Shown in pieces: positions 9,298 through 18,230 of a stretch of 64,000 nucleotides of DNA (within the stretch, counting starts at the first letter, position 1; each line of letters starts with the position of its first letter). This stretch comes from a virus. Made by a program: the position numbers and the translations under genes. The notes beneath the pieces were generated by a model that was given only the letters and a program-made list of their open reading frames with translations, searched no databases and had not been told where the DNA came from. Location of the stretch: positions 37,306 through 101,305 of IMG/VR virus record IMGVR_UViG_3300032783_000063, one strand, 5' to 3'.

Positions 9298-10832
9298 TGA
9301 GCGGTCAGGCAGCCTTGCGTACGGGCCCGCCGTCTGCGGCGGTGCTTACGTGTGCGCGGCGGCCCCAGGCCCCAGGCAGACGGCACCAGCGCGCCAGACG
9401 GCTCCGCGGCGCTCGGGAGTCGCGCGGCCTCTATGGAGTTAGGAGAGTTCACGGGCTGCTCCCTGACGGGTTGGCATATCTCCCGTGCTGCCACCGTTTG
9501 CGCCACGGCGGTAAAGCGATCCTTAATGTTACCTGCTGCGATTATGTCGGCGTGCCCTGACAATCCGCATCCGACACATTGGAACACGGCCCGGCTCGGC
9601 CGGTTCGCTGCGTCGACCAGCCCGCAACCGGGACACGTCTGCGACGTGTGCGGGGCCGGGACTTTCACCAGGGTCGTCTTGTAGGCAACGAACTGCTGGA
9701 GCTGATACCAGTTCCCGGCGAGGATCTCTCGGTTCAGCCCCGTCTTCTGTTTCACGTTCCGGCCCGGGGCGTCTTCGGTGCCTTTCGCTGATGCGGTCAT
9801 GGCGGACACGTCCAGGTTCTCCATCACCACGGTCGCGTATCTGGCCGCCAGCGCCCTGGAGGCCAGGTGAGCGCCTGCGGTGCGCTGCCTGGTCTCATGC
9901 TGCATCAGCTTCAGGTGCGCCATCTTGTCCCGCAGATACCTGCGCGAATGCTTCCAGCAATCACAATCGTGACCATCAGCGCCTGGCGGGGGGCAGTAGC
10001 CACGGAGCAGATGCGCGCGCCCATTCCGCTGGGTCCAGGTGTCGTGCCGACACGGGTTCAGCCGCCGTTTGCGGGCCATCGCAACCTGCAGCCGCCGTTT
10101 CCGCTCCTGCTGACCAGCAGACAAGCCAGGTGCGTCGTATGTTTCGCCATCCGACGTCATCGCCGTCACCGTCACGCCACGATCCACGCCCACCACCCCG
10201 GACGTCGCAGGCTGCCGCACCTCTGCAGTGTCATATTGGACAGTCGCCCAGTACCGGCCTGTGTCATCCACTCGCAGCGACGCGAACCCCACCAGCGTGT
10301 CCTCGGGCAGCACCCGGTGATAGCGGATCTTCACCAGGCCGATCGCACCGGGCACCTTCAACATGGCCCGGCCAGGACGGCCCGGCCGGATAACACCCGG
10401 CAGCGGACACCGCACCGAGCCCTCCTGCGTCTGCCAGTACAACGACCCGCCCTTATGAACCGACCGGAACCGAGGCGGACTGGACGGCTTGCCTTCCTTC
10501 AGCATCGTGAAATGCCGCGTCCACGACGCCGACAACTGCCGCAGGGCACCATGCAGCATCACCGACGGCACTATGGTGAATGGGTGGGTCTGGCCGTGAT
10601 GCCGAAACTCGCACCCCGCCTTGCGTGCTACCGACACCGCATAGCTGAGGCTCATGCACGACTCGACCCCGGCGTGATGCTTCCACCGGTCCAGCTGCGA
10701 CGCCACAGCCTCATTGAAGAACGCCGTCACCCCGGCGCGCTGCAAGGCGAATGTCTCAGCCTGGGCGGGCGATAACTCGGCGGCGTACACCTGGGCGCGC
10801 TTGTAACGCACCGGGACAACTAGCTGAGACAT
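9276..10832 (-). CDS. tnpB: TnpB-family RNA-guided endonuclease (IS200/IS605-type), no tnpA
   Basis: RuvC-I VGVDRG, RuvC-II VMENL, Zn finger TSQTCPGCG...FQCVGCG, RuvC-III HADIIAAGNI; all three acidic residues intact. Confidence 0.93.
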   Translation of the reverse strand: MSQLVVPVRYKRAQVYAAELSPAQAETFALQRAGVTAFFNEAVASQLDRWKHHAGVESCMSLSYAVSVARKAGCEFRHHGQTHPFTIVPSVMLHGALRQLSASWTRHFTMLKEGKPSSPPRFRSVHKGGSLYWQTQEGSVRCPLPGVIRPGRPGRAMLKVPGAIGLVKIRYHRVLPEDTLVGFASLRVDDTGRYWATVQYDTAEVRQPATSGVVGVDRGVTVTAMTSDGETYDAPGLSAGQQERKRRLQVAMARKRRLNPCRHDTWTQRNGRAHLLRGYCPPPGADGHDCDCWKHSRRYLRDKMAHLKLMQHETRQRTAGAHLASRALAARYATVVMENLDVSAMTASAKGTEDAPGRNVKQKTGLNREILAGNWYQLQQFVAYKTTLVKVPAPHTSQTCPGCGLVDAANRPSRAVFQCVGCGLSGHADIIAAGNIKDRFTAVAQTVAAREICQPVREQPVNSPNSIEAARLPSAAEPSGALVPSAWGLGPPRTRKHRRRRRARTQGCLTAQRGDMRA

Positions 10833-11048
10833 GCTGTAACCGTACTGCTGGAGTCCGACAGTGCAGGGTCACTGCCGGGCCAACCTGCCCGCCCGGCAGA
10901 GTGGGCGAAGTGACCTGGCGCGAAGATGGCCACTACCTGCCGCTGCCAGGGCACCCAGGAGGGATTGCACCATCATCCAGGACATGCTCAGTGCTTAGGA
11001 ACACTGTGCGGCCTGACTTGCCAGTGACATTCCGCTACGTCGACACAC

Positions 11049-11089
11049 GACAAGGGCGCCACGCTCCCGAGGGAACACGGCGCCCTGTC
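11049..11089 (-). terminator. stem-loop after UTRA gene
   Basis: GACAAGGGCGCC...GGCGCCCTGTC inverted repeat. Confidence 0.6.
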
Positions 11090-11102
11090 CTACACCCCGC
11101 GG

Positions 11103-11657
11103 CTACCCGTCGATCGTGAACTCGTAGTCCAGCACCCACTGGGAGGCCGCCACAACATGCACGCACACCTCAACCGCCCGGCCTTCAGCAGTCCAGCCCA
11201 CGTGGAAGATCTCCGTCACGAACTGGTCAGGGTCCAAGCCGAGCGCGGTCGCCTCGGCCTCGGTGGGCCGCCGTGACCTCACCGCCTCGGTGATCCTGGT
11301 CTGCGCGTAGCCGAGCTCAGCAAACCGCGACACGATCCCGCCCGGCCCCGAGTCCTGGTCGACGAGCCGGGTGCCGTCTGCGATGTCAGTCGGGATAAAC
11401 GATGTGGCGAGCTGGACCGTGACCCCGTCCGCGGCCATGCGGCGACGACGGGCCACCACCGGCACGCCCTCGTGAATGCCCAGCACGCGGGCGACGTCTG
11501 CCGACGCGGGAACGCGGCTGACCTCGACTTCTGAGTGCGGTTCGAGGCCGAGGCTGCGGATCTCGGCGTCGAACGCGCCACGGCCGCCGTTGCGTTCGCG
11601 CGCCTGGCGGTTGTAGCGGGTTACTGCGTTGCGGTGGATGACTGGGATCGTGCGCAC
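11103..11657 (-). CDS. stand-alone UTRA domain protein (GntR/HutC effector domain, no HTH)
   Basis: VARVLGI..GVPVVARRRRM..DG.TVQLATSFIP...EAVRSRRPTEAEA.ALGL; GTG start after AAAGGGAG; no wHTH upstream. Confidence 0.85.
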   Translation of the reverse strand: MRTIPVIHRNAVTRYNRQARERNGGRGAFDAEIRSLGLEPHSEVEVSRVPASADVARVLGIHEGVPVVARRRRMAADGVTVQLATSFIPTDIADGTRLVDQDSGPGGIVSRFAELGYAQTRITEAVRSRRPTEAEATALGLDPDQFVTEIFHVGWTAEGRAVEVCVHVVAASQWVLDYEFTIDG

Positions 11658-11726
11658 TGTGCTCCCTTTTCTTGTCGTGCGGTTATGTTGCGCTGCCATT
11701 GAGCGGTAGCGCGTCGTAGACGAGAG

Positions 11727-12476
11727 CTACCCGACAGGCTCCGGGTCCACCGCGTAGTCGTAACTGACTACCTGGTCAGGGGGCAGCACGTGCTCACCGT
11801 AGATCAGCACACCAGCATCGTCGGACCATACGTTCGTCGTGGCCAGGATCGGGGTGCCGATCGGAATACGCAGCGCACCCGCCTCTCGCGCATCTGCCGC
11901 CCGGCCGCGGAGATGATCCCGGCCGTGCGTGACACGCCGCCCCGTCACCGACTCAACCACACGAACAGTGCCGTCCGCCAGCGGCTCCGGTGATGTGAGC
12001 TCAGCTGCGAGCGGGCTGGAGCCGATCGGCGGCACCCAGTCCACCGACAGCATCTGCGGCCGGGCCCTCTTGTAAGTGACCTCTTCACGTCGGTTGACCA
12101 CCGTGCCGATCGGGATGCCCAGCAGTTCAGCCACATAGTTGGGTGCGGTGACCGTCTCTGCGGCGTTGACGATGATCCGTTCGCCGTTGGTGGTGGAGCG
12201 GCGCGGCCCGCCGCCTGTAATACGGTCACGGGCAGACTTGGTGATGATCTCCTTGTCGGCGACAAAAGACCCTTGGGGACTGGTCCAGATGGCGCCTTCT
12301 ACCTGAAGCTGGCTGATGGCCCGGGCGGCCGTGGCTACTGAGATGCCCCAGTCGGTGGCGATCTGGCTGATGGGCGGGAGCTTCTGCCCGGGAACAAGGT
12401 CACCATCGAGGATCGCGGTGCGGTAGTGATCCGCCACCTGTACGTAAACAGGTAGTGGCCGGTCGGCGCGTGGCAT
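11727..12476 (-). CDS. GntR/HutC-family repressor (KorA/KorSA-like)
   Basis: wHTH PVYVQVADHYRTAILDGDLVPGQKLP...WGISVATAARA..L..EG + UTRA; RBS AGGAGG; divergent from the transfer operon. Confidence 0.9.
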   Translation of the reverse strand: MPRADRPLPVYVQVADHYRTAILDGDLVPGQKLPPISQIATDWGISVATAARAISQLQVEGAIWTSPQGSFVADKEIITKSARDRITGGGPRRSTTNGERIIVNAAETVTAPNYVAELLGIPIGTVVNRREEVTYKRARPQMLSVDWVPPIGSSPLAAELTSPEPLADGTVRVVESVTGRRVTHGRDHLRGRAADAREAGALRIPIGTPILATTNVWSDDAGVLIYGEHVLPPDQVVSYDYAVDPEPVG

Positions 12477-12585
12477 TAAGGTCCGCCTCCTGAGGTGGGG
12501 GTCCTTTGGCAGCGTACTCATAGATCTACTGCCCAACCGTATTCTAGTACACGAGTGCTTGTGCTGTGTACGGTGCAGGCGTATG

Positions 12586-12595
12586 CTGTATACAG
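12586..12595. promoter_or_regulatory. palindrome CTGTATACAG, candidate GntR/HutC operator
   Basis: GT-n-TA-n-AC type palindrome in the divergent intergenic region. Confidence 0.45.
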
Positions 12596-12630
12596 ACAGC
12601 AACGGAACGCAACCGAAGGGAGCACGCAGC

Positions 12631-12864
12631 ATGAGCGCCCCCACCATCACCAGCGCACACCCCCCGCTCACCGTGGAGCAGGCCGACATACTCACCGAGG
12701 CCATCGCCGACGCCATCACATTCCGGCAGCCCCACCACGACTGCCCGGCCTGCATGTGGGAGCCCATCCCGTGGGCCTGTGTCGAGCATTTCGCCGACGA
12801 GGCCCGCGCCGAGGCATACATCTCCCTCGCCGCCGAGCTCGGCCTGGAAGCACCGGAGGTCTAG
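12631..12864 (+). CDS. hypothetical protein
   Basis: RBS AAGGGAG; first gene of long plus-strand operon. Confidence 0.65.
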   Translation: MSAPTITSAHPPLTVEQADILTEAIADAITFRQPHHDCPACMWEPIPWACVEHFADEARAEAYISLAAELGLEAPEV

Positions 12865-13092
12865 ATGCCTGACGAACTAGCAGTCACGCCGATCGTTACC
12901 GGCAGCCCCGTCAAGTCGATCGCATATCTCGTCGGCTACGGCGAATACGACGACCAGGTAATCCTGTGTGTCTGCGTGGACGCGCGTGACGCCGCAATGC
13001 AGGCCGACGAGTGGAACCGCACCGGCCGCGAACGGATGCATGACAAAGCGTGGATCGAGACGGTGGACTTCATCCCCGCAGGCGGCTCCTGA
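12865..13092 (+). CDS. hypothetical protein
   Basis: Translationally coupled ORF. Confidence 0.6.
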   Translation: MPDELAVTPIVTGSPVKSIAYLVGYGEYDDQVILCVCVDARDAAMQADEWNRTGRERMHDKAWIETVDFIPAGGS

Positions 13093-13376
13093 TGTCTGAC
13101 TGCGACCTGAACACTGAAAGCCCTCACATCGCCATGTCGGCGCCCGCCCGGTATGGCAAGAGCCCCGGCAAGTTCCTGCGGCTGGTCCCCCCCGACGGCG
13201 ACTATTACGCGAACGTCCTGGACGAGGAACTCGTGCAGACCGTCACAGCCCTGTGCGCTGAATGCGCCCACTGTCACCAGCCGGTCCGCCGCGAGCACGG
13301 CGGCGTCTGGTGCCACGTGTTCGCGTTCGACATGTTCATGTGCCCCGGCGTGCCAGAACCGGAGGCAGCGTCATGA
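13092..13376 (+). CDS. hypothetical protein (Cys-rich C-terminus)
   Basis: TGATG overlap. Confidence 0.55.
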   Translation: MSDCDLNTESPHIAMSAPARYGKSPGKFLRLVPPDGDYYANVLDEELVQTVTALCAECAHCHQPVRREHGGVWCHVFAFDMFMCPGVPEPEAAS

Positions 13377-13645
13377 TCTGGGTGATGGGCGGGTCGATGG
13401 CCCTGTTCCTGGTTGTGATCGTCGGTTTCGGCGTGGCTGTGGTGGCCGAGCTTCTCGGCGGCGGCCGCCGGGCTGATAGGCCGCGGCTGCGGGACGCGGA
13501 TGTGGCCCTGGCCGTGGACGCAGCCCGGCAGGCCGCCTACGCCCAGGGCCAGGCAGACCAGGCCAGCCAGACGTTCGACGCCTACATCGCCGCCGGTCTT
13601 GACGACGTGGAGGCGTTCGCGAACGGCGAGCGGAGGCAGCCATGA
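13373..13645 (+). CDS. membrane protein
   Basis: N-terminal TM helix; ATGA overlap. Confidence 0.6.
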   Translation: MIWVMGGSMALFLVVIVGFGVAVVAELLGGGRRADRPRLRDADVALAVDAARQAAYAQGQADQASQTFDAYIAAGLDDVEAFANGERRQP

Positions 13646-13938
13646 CCGCCTGGGCTGTCCTCGGCGCCATGTTCGTATTCCTGTGCCTCGTCTTCGCCGC
13701 CGGCGAATGGGCGTTCGACATCGTCGGTGTGCGCCGCCGGTATTACGCGTGGCGGCTGGACCGGTGGGAGGCATCCCGGCAGGCCGCCTACGACCGGGCC
13801 GTCGCCGACCAGGAAGAAGAGGAACGCTACGTCCGCGCCGCCGCGGCCGCCGTGCAGGACGAAGCCTGGGACGACATGGTGGCCAAGGGCCTCGACCTCC
13901 TCGAGGCGTGCGCCAATAACGAGAGGACGGACTGGTGA
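13642..13938 (+). CDS. membrane protein
   Basis: N-terminal TM helix; ATGA overlap. Confidence 0.6.
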   Translation: MTAWAVLGAMFVFLCLVFAAGEWAFDIVGVRRRYYAWRLDRWEASRQAAYDRAVADQEEEERYVRAAAAAVQDEAWDDMVAKGLDLLEACANNERTDW

Positions 13939-14387
13939 TGCACACCGTATCGACGTACAGCCCGCAGCTTGTGCTGGATGTCACTGACATGGCCTGGGCG
14001 GATGACGGCGACTGTCAGTACGCCGACCCGGAACTGTGGTTCCCCGCGCCGGGCGAACGGGCCGAAGAAGCGAAATCCATCTGCGCGCAGTGCCCGGTGA
14101 AAGCGGAGTGCCTGGCGTATGCGATGCCCCGCAGCGAGCTGGAGGGCATCTGGGGCGGGACGTCGCAACGTCAGCGTGCCCGCATGCGGGTCAAGGCCCA
14201 GCTGGCGCCCAGGAAGCACGCTGAGGCGGCGGCGCTGGCCGCGGAAGGCATGAAACGGTGCACCCGCTGCCGCCACCCGAAGCCCTATGCGGAGTTTTCG
14301 CTGGATTCCCGTTCACGGGACGGGCGGCGGCCGGATTGCAAGGCGTGCCTGTCGGCGCGCGGGTGGCGGAAGGAGAAGGCGGCATGA
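13935..14387 (+). CDS. whiB: WhiB-family regulator with C-terminal Zn finger
   Basis: C...DPELWFP...AKSICAQCPVKAECLAYA...GIWGG; then KRCTRC...CKAC. Confidence 0.9.
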   Translation: MMHTVSTYSPQLVLDVTDMAWADDGDCQYADPELWFPAPGERAEEAKSICAQCPVKAECLAYAMPRSELEGIWGGTSQRQRARMRVKAQLAPRKHAEAAALAAEGMKRCTRCRHPKPYAEFSLDSRSRDGRRPDCKACLSARGWRKEKAA

Positions 14388-14962
14388 ACGCCCGCGAGAA
14401 ATACGCCCGCCACCACGACAGACCTGAAGGGAACACCATGAGCCAGCCATCTGACACGACACCCGGGGCAGCCCGCCTGAACGAGATCCGCGCCCGCGAG
14501 CAGGCCGCCACGCCCGGCCCGTGGGGCTGGCGCGGACACCTGAGCCAGTCCGTTGAACTGCGCACGATCGGCCAGGGCGGCAAGCGGATCATCACGACGA
14601 TGCGGCAGGACCCGTGCATCGGCGGGACCGAAGACATCGGCCTGTTCCTGCACGACGACCCATGCCAGACCTGCCGCAAGGCATTCGAGACCGGGGAACT
14701 GGTCGAGCCCTTTCAGTGTGAGAAGCCCGAGAATCTGGATACCGTCTGGGTCTGGGGACCGAACGATGCTTGCGAGCCGGTCAACAAGTACGCCAAGGCC
14801 GAGGTACTCGAATGGTCTGACCACGTGTACCGCGACGATGTGAAGGACACCACGCATCCGGACGCCGAGTTCATCGCCCACGCCCGCGAAGACATCAGGT
14901 TCCTCCTGGACATCATCGACGGCATGCAGGAGCAGGTCCGGGATCGTGACGGTGCGGCATGA
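14384..14962 (+). CDS. Ead/Ea22-like phage protein
   Basis: RLNEIRAREQAATPGPW...DAEFIAHAREDI. Confidence 0.7.
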   Translation: MNAREKYARHHDRPEGNTMSQPSDTTPGAARLNEIRAREQAATPGPWGWRGHLSQSVELRTIGQGGKRIITTMRQDPCIGGTEDIGLFLHDDPCQTCRKAFETGELVEPFQCEKPENLDTVWVWGPNDACEPVNKYAKAEVLEWSDHVYRDDVKDTTHPDAEFIAHAREDIRFLLDIIDGMQEQVRDRDGAA

Positions 14963-15180
14963 CTACGACCACTGTTTTGCAGCCGGGGCGGGCGCACCGG
15001 AACGTCAGGCGCGCTGTCCGGCTGTGGCGCAAGCACAAGGCTGCGGCGGCCGTGATGGCCGCTGCGGCGGCCGCTGAGGTTGTCCTGTGGGCGGCGTGGA
15101 CTGTGGTCGCCCTGGCCCTGGCCGTGGCTGTGGCGGGCGTGTCGCGGGCCGCCGCTTACATCAGGGGACGGCGGTCATGA
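14959..15180 (+). CDS. small membrane protein
   Basis: Long hydrophobic segment; coupled to VirD4-like gene. Confidence 0.6.
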   Translation: MTTTTVLQPGRAHRNVRRAVRLWRKHKAAAAVMAAAAAAEVVLWAAWTVVALALAVAVAGVSRAAAYIRGRRS

Positions 15181-16880
15181 ACATCATCACCACTTCCCAT
15201 ATCAAGGCCCAGGTTCGTGACAGTCATGCGGCGCGGCGGACAGCATGGGCGGGGGGTGTCATCCTGGCAGCGGGTGTCATACAGGCGGCACACCGTGTCA
15301 TGCACCTGCCAGGATGGCCGTATGCGCTGATGGCCGCCGCCATCCTGGCCTACCACTATGCGCGGGCCGGGTGGGAACTGGTGGAGTTCCGCCGGACCGG
15401 CGGCCGGGCCGCGCGACGTCGGCGGCGGAAGTATCAGGGCGCTGCCACATTGCGCGACATTCACAAGCACTTGTCACCGGCTGCGGTCACTAAGCGGGCG
15501 GCGGTGACCCGGCCGTCGCTGGACGGGAAGGTAACGCTGGCCGACACGGGTGTCTTCCTCGGCCGCACCCTCCGCGCCAGACGCCGGCTGTGCGGCACCC
15601 ACGAGGACTCGTATCTGATCGTCGGCCCGCCCAGGACGGGAAAGACGGGATGGCTGGCGGGTGTCGTACAGGACGCTCCCGGTGCGTGTGTCGCCACCTC
15701 GAGCCGGGTTGACGTCCTCGTTCACACTGCCCCTGTCCGTGCTGCGAAAGGCCCGGCGTGGGTGCTGAACCCCGGCGGGGACGGGTCCATCCCCACCACG
15801 CTCGCCTGGTCGCCGCTCGACGGCTGCTACACCGCCGCCGGGGCAGTGGAACGCGCCGGCTACCTGATGGCCGCCGCGCCCAAAGACTCGTCCGGGAAAG
15901 ACGCCTGGTGGGAAGGCAAAGGCCACGAGCTCCTCCGCCTCGCCCTGCACGCCGCCGCAGTCGACGGCGGCACCATCCGCGACGCAGCCCAGTGGGTCCG
16001 CGACCCAGCCGACCCGGGCTTCGCCGCCGCGCTAGCCCTCCCCGACGCGGCCCCCGGCTGGGCCGCCGAGCATGCGCGGCTCATCGAATCCGCGGGGGAG
16101 ATGCTGTCCGGCATCGTCGCCTCCGCCGCGGCGGCGCTGGCGTGGCTGGCCGACCCGGCCATGGCACAGGTCGCCGACCCGGACCCTGGCACCGAGTTCT
16201 CCGCCGAGGAGTTCATCCTGTCGCGCGGCACCCTCTACATGATCGGCGCCGACAAGCCCCACTCCAGTTACGCACCCTATTTCGCGGCACTGACAGCGGA
16301 GATTTTCGAGGCAGCGAAACGGGTCGCATCGAACATGCGGAACGGCAGGCTTGACCCGCCGCTGACACTGGCCCTGGACGAGGCGGCGATCATCTGCCCC
16401 GTCCCGCTGGACCGGTGGACGTCCGAGGCCGGCGGTCACGGTGTCACCGTCCTGGCAGGCGTGCAGGCCATGTCACAGCTGCGCGCCCGGTGGGGCGACG
16501 AAGGCGGCCGTACCATCTTCTCCAACTCCACGGTGAAGATGATTTTCGGCGGGCTGACAGACCACGCTGATCTGGAGGCACTGTCAGCGGTGTGCGGTGA
16601 CCGTGACACGTGGCACAAGGTCAAGAGCGACGGCGGGTCGACCAGGCAGCCCGGCAGCGAGCGGCTGTTCCCGCCGGAACGGATCCGGCTGCTGCCCGCC
16701 TGGCATGCCCTGATCCTGCACCGGTCCACGCGGCCGGTGGTAGCCCGTGTCACCCCCGTGTGGCAGCGGAAGGACTATCTGCCGCTGCCCGAGGCCACCT
16801 GCCCGCCGCCCGCTGACATGCCGGCGGTCACCGACGACATCCAGCTCGCACTGCCGCCCGGCACCCAGCCGGCGGCCTGA
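15177..16880 (+). CDS. VirD4/TraG/TraD-like type IV coupling ATPase
   Basis: Two N-terminal TMs, Walker A GPPRTGKT, WSPLDGC, Walker B LALDEAA, GVQAMSQLRARWG, SNSTVKMIFGG (TraG-D C-terminal domain). Confidence 0.88.
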   Translation: MNIITTSHIKAQVRDSHAARRTAWAGGVILAAGVIQAAHRVMHLPGWPYALMAAAILAYHYARAGWELVEFRRTGGRAARRRRRKYQGAATLRDIHKHLSPAAVTKRAAVTRPSLDGKVTLADTGVFLGRTLRARRRLCGTHEDSYLIVGPPRTGKTGWLAGVVQDAPGACVATSSRVDVLVHTAPVRAAKGPAWVLNPGGDGSIPTTLAWSPLDGCYTAAGAVERAGYLMAAAPKDSSGKDAWWEGKGHELLRLALHAAAVDGGTIRDAAQWVRDPADPGFAAALALPDAAPGWAAEHARLIESAGEMLSGIVASAAAALAWLADPAMAQVADPDPGTEFSAEEFILSRGTLYMIGADKPHSSYAPYFAALTAEIFEAAKRVASNMRNGRLDPPLTLALDEAAIICPVPLDRWTSEAGGHGVTVLAGVQAMSQLRARWGDEGGRTIFSNSTVKMIFGGLTDHADLEALSAVCGDRDTWHKVKSDGGSTRQPGSERLFPPERIRLLPAWHALILHRSTRPVVARVTPVWQRKDYLPLPEATCPPPADMPAVTDDIQLALPPGTQPAA

Positions 16881-16901
16881 CCGGAGAAAGGACACACCAC
16901 G

Positions 16902-17723
16902 ATGAGCGAAAGCACCTATTCGCCGCTCTCCCGCAGAGCAAAGCAGCTGCTCAGCCTGCTGAAACGCACCAAGGACAAAGGCGTCCAGCGGGCGATTCTG
17001 CAGGCCCTGGCCCGTGAGATCGAGAAAGGCAAGCGGGCGGTCGTCAGGCGCGCGAAGGAAGCCGCCGAGCGTGCGAAGGACCGGATCAAGTACGGCAAGG
17101 AGTTCGCCCGCAAGGAGGCCCGGAAAGCATCGACGCGGGCGAAGGAGCCGCTGATGCGGCAGCACGCCGCTGGCGGGCAGGCCAGGAAGCCGGGGCCGAA
17201 GATGACCCGCGACGGCTACCACAAAGCTGCCGGGCTCACCCCCGAGCAGTCACGGAAGGTAGCAGCCGGGCCGAAGCCGCTCCGCCGCAGCGTCCGGGAC
17301 CGGGCAGCGAAGGTGCAGGCGAAACTCCAGTCGAAAGCCCGGCCTGTGACGGTGCGCAACCCGGCACCGGCTAAGGCGAAGGTGGTGCACATCGGCGGCA
17401 AGCCGGCCGCTAAGCCAGCACGGACCGTCCGCCCGGCGCCCGCCCCGTCAGCGCCGGCCAGGACCACGCCAGCGCCAGCCCGCGCCCCCGCCGCCACCGC
17501 AGCCAGGACCCCCGTGCGGGCCCCCGCAGCACCCGCCAGGACACCCGTGCCGCTCCCGTCGCAGACCGTCGCACGCGACCACGCAGCCCGCCTCGCGCCC
17601 AGGCCCCGCAAGCCCGCAGCGCCCATCCGCGTCCGCGCACCCAGGGCCCGGGCGCCCAGGCCAGCCGTGCACCCCGTCAAGATCCGCGCACCACGGGTCC
17701 GCATCCCCATCCGCGGCCGCTAA
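16902..17723 (+). CDS. highly basic Ala/Pro/Arg-rich protein
   Basis: RBS GAAAGGA; helical N-terminus, low-complexity basic tail. Confidence 0.65.
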   Translation: MSESTYSPLSRRAKQLLSLLKRTKDKGVQRAILQALAREIEKGKRAVVRRAKEAAERAKDRIKYGKEFARKEARKASTRAKEPLMRQHAAGGQARKPGPKMTRDGYHKAAGLTPEQSRKVAAGPKPLRRSVRDRAAKVQAKLQSKARPVTVRNPAPAKAKVVHIGGKPAAKPARTVRPAPAPSAPARTTPAPARAPAATAARTPVRAPAAPARTPVPLPSQTVARDHAARLAPRPRKPAAPIRVRAPRARAPRPAVHPVKIRAPRVRIPIRGR

Positions 17724-17742
17724 CAGAAAGGAGAACACGCTC

Positions 17743-18021
17743 ATGGATGACAACAGGGCGAAAGCACTGAGCGAAGCCCGCCAGAAACTCACCGAAATGG
17801 AATTCGCATGGGCCGACGCCACCATCAACAGCGTCCACGCGACCGAGGACCCGGACCGCGACCCGCCGACGATCCGCCAGGGATTCGCCGCACTGCGTGG
17901 TCTTGCCGCCGAACAGGCACAACATGACGCGCTGGAAGCGCAGCGGAAGCTGATCTGGGACCTGGAATGGGGTCCGCAGTCGGCGCAGCGCCGCGCTCCC
18001 GGGCTTCGCCGCAGCCGGTAA
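17743..18021 (+). CDS. hypothetical protein
   Basis: RBS GAAAGGAG. Confidence 0.6.
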   Translation: MDDNRAKALSEARQKLTEMEFAWADATINSVHATEDPDRDPPTIRQGFAALRGLAAEQAQHDALEAQRKLIWDLEWGPQSAQRRAPGLRRSR

Positions 18022-18036
18022 CAGGAGAAAAAGAAC

Positions 18037-18213
18037 ATGAAAACCTTCCGGACCATCGTAGGCATCGGGTTCTTCGGTCTGATGGCCGTCGTCGCCACAT
18101 GGGCGATAGTGACGAGCCCCGGTCCTGTCCACTGGGGCCGGATGCTCGTCTTCGGCGTGATCGCGAGCATCCCGCTTGTGATCAAGATGCGCCGCGCCGA
18201 CCGTAACCGCTAA
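18037..18213 (+). CDS. small two-TM membrane protein (Spd-like)
   Basis: Manual translation MKTFRTIVGIGFFGLMAVVATWAIV...MLVFGVIASIPLVIKMRR; RBS AGGAG. Confidence 0.65.
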   Translation: MKTFRTIVGIGFFGLMAVVATWAIVTSPGPVHWGRMLVFGVIASIPLVIKMRRADRNR

Positions 18214-18230
18214 CACAGAAAGACACACAA

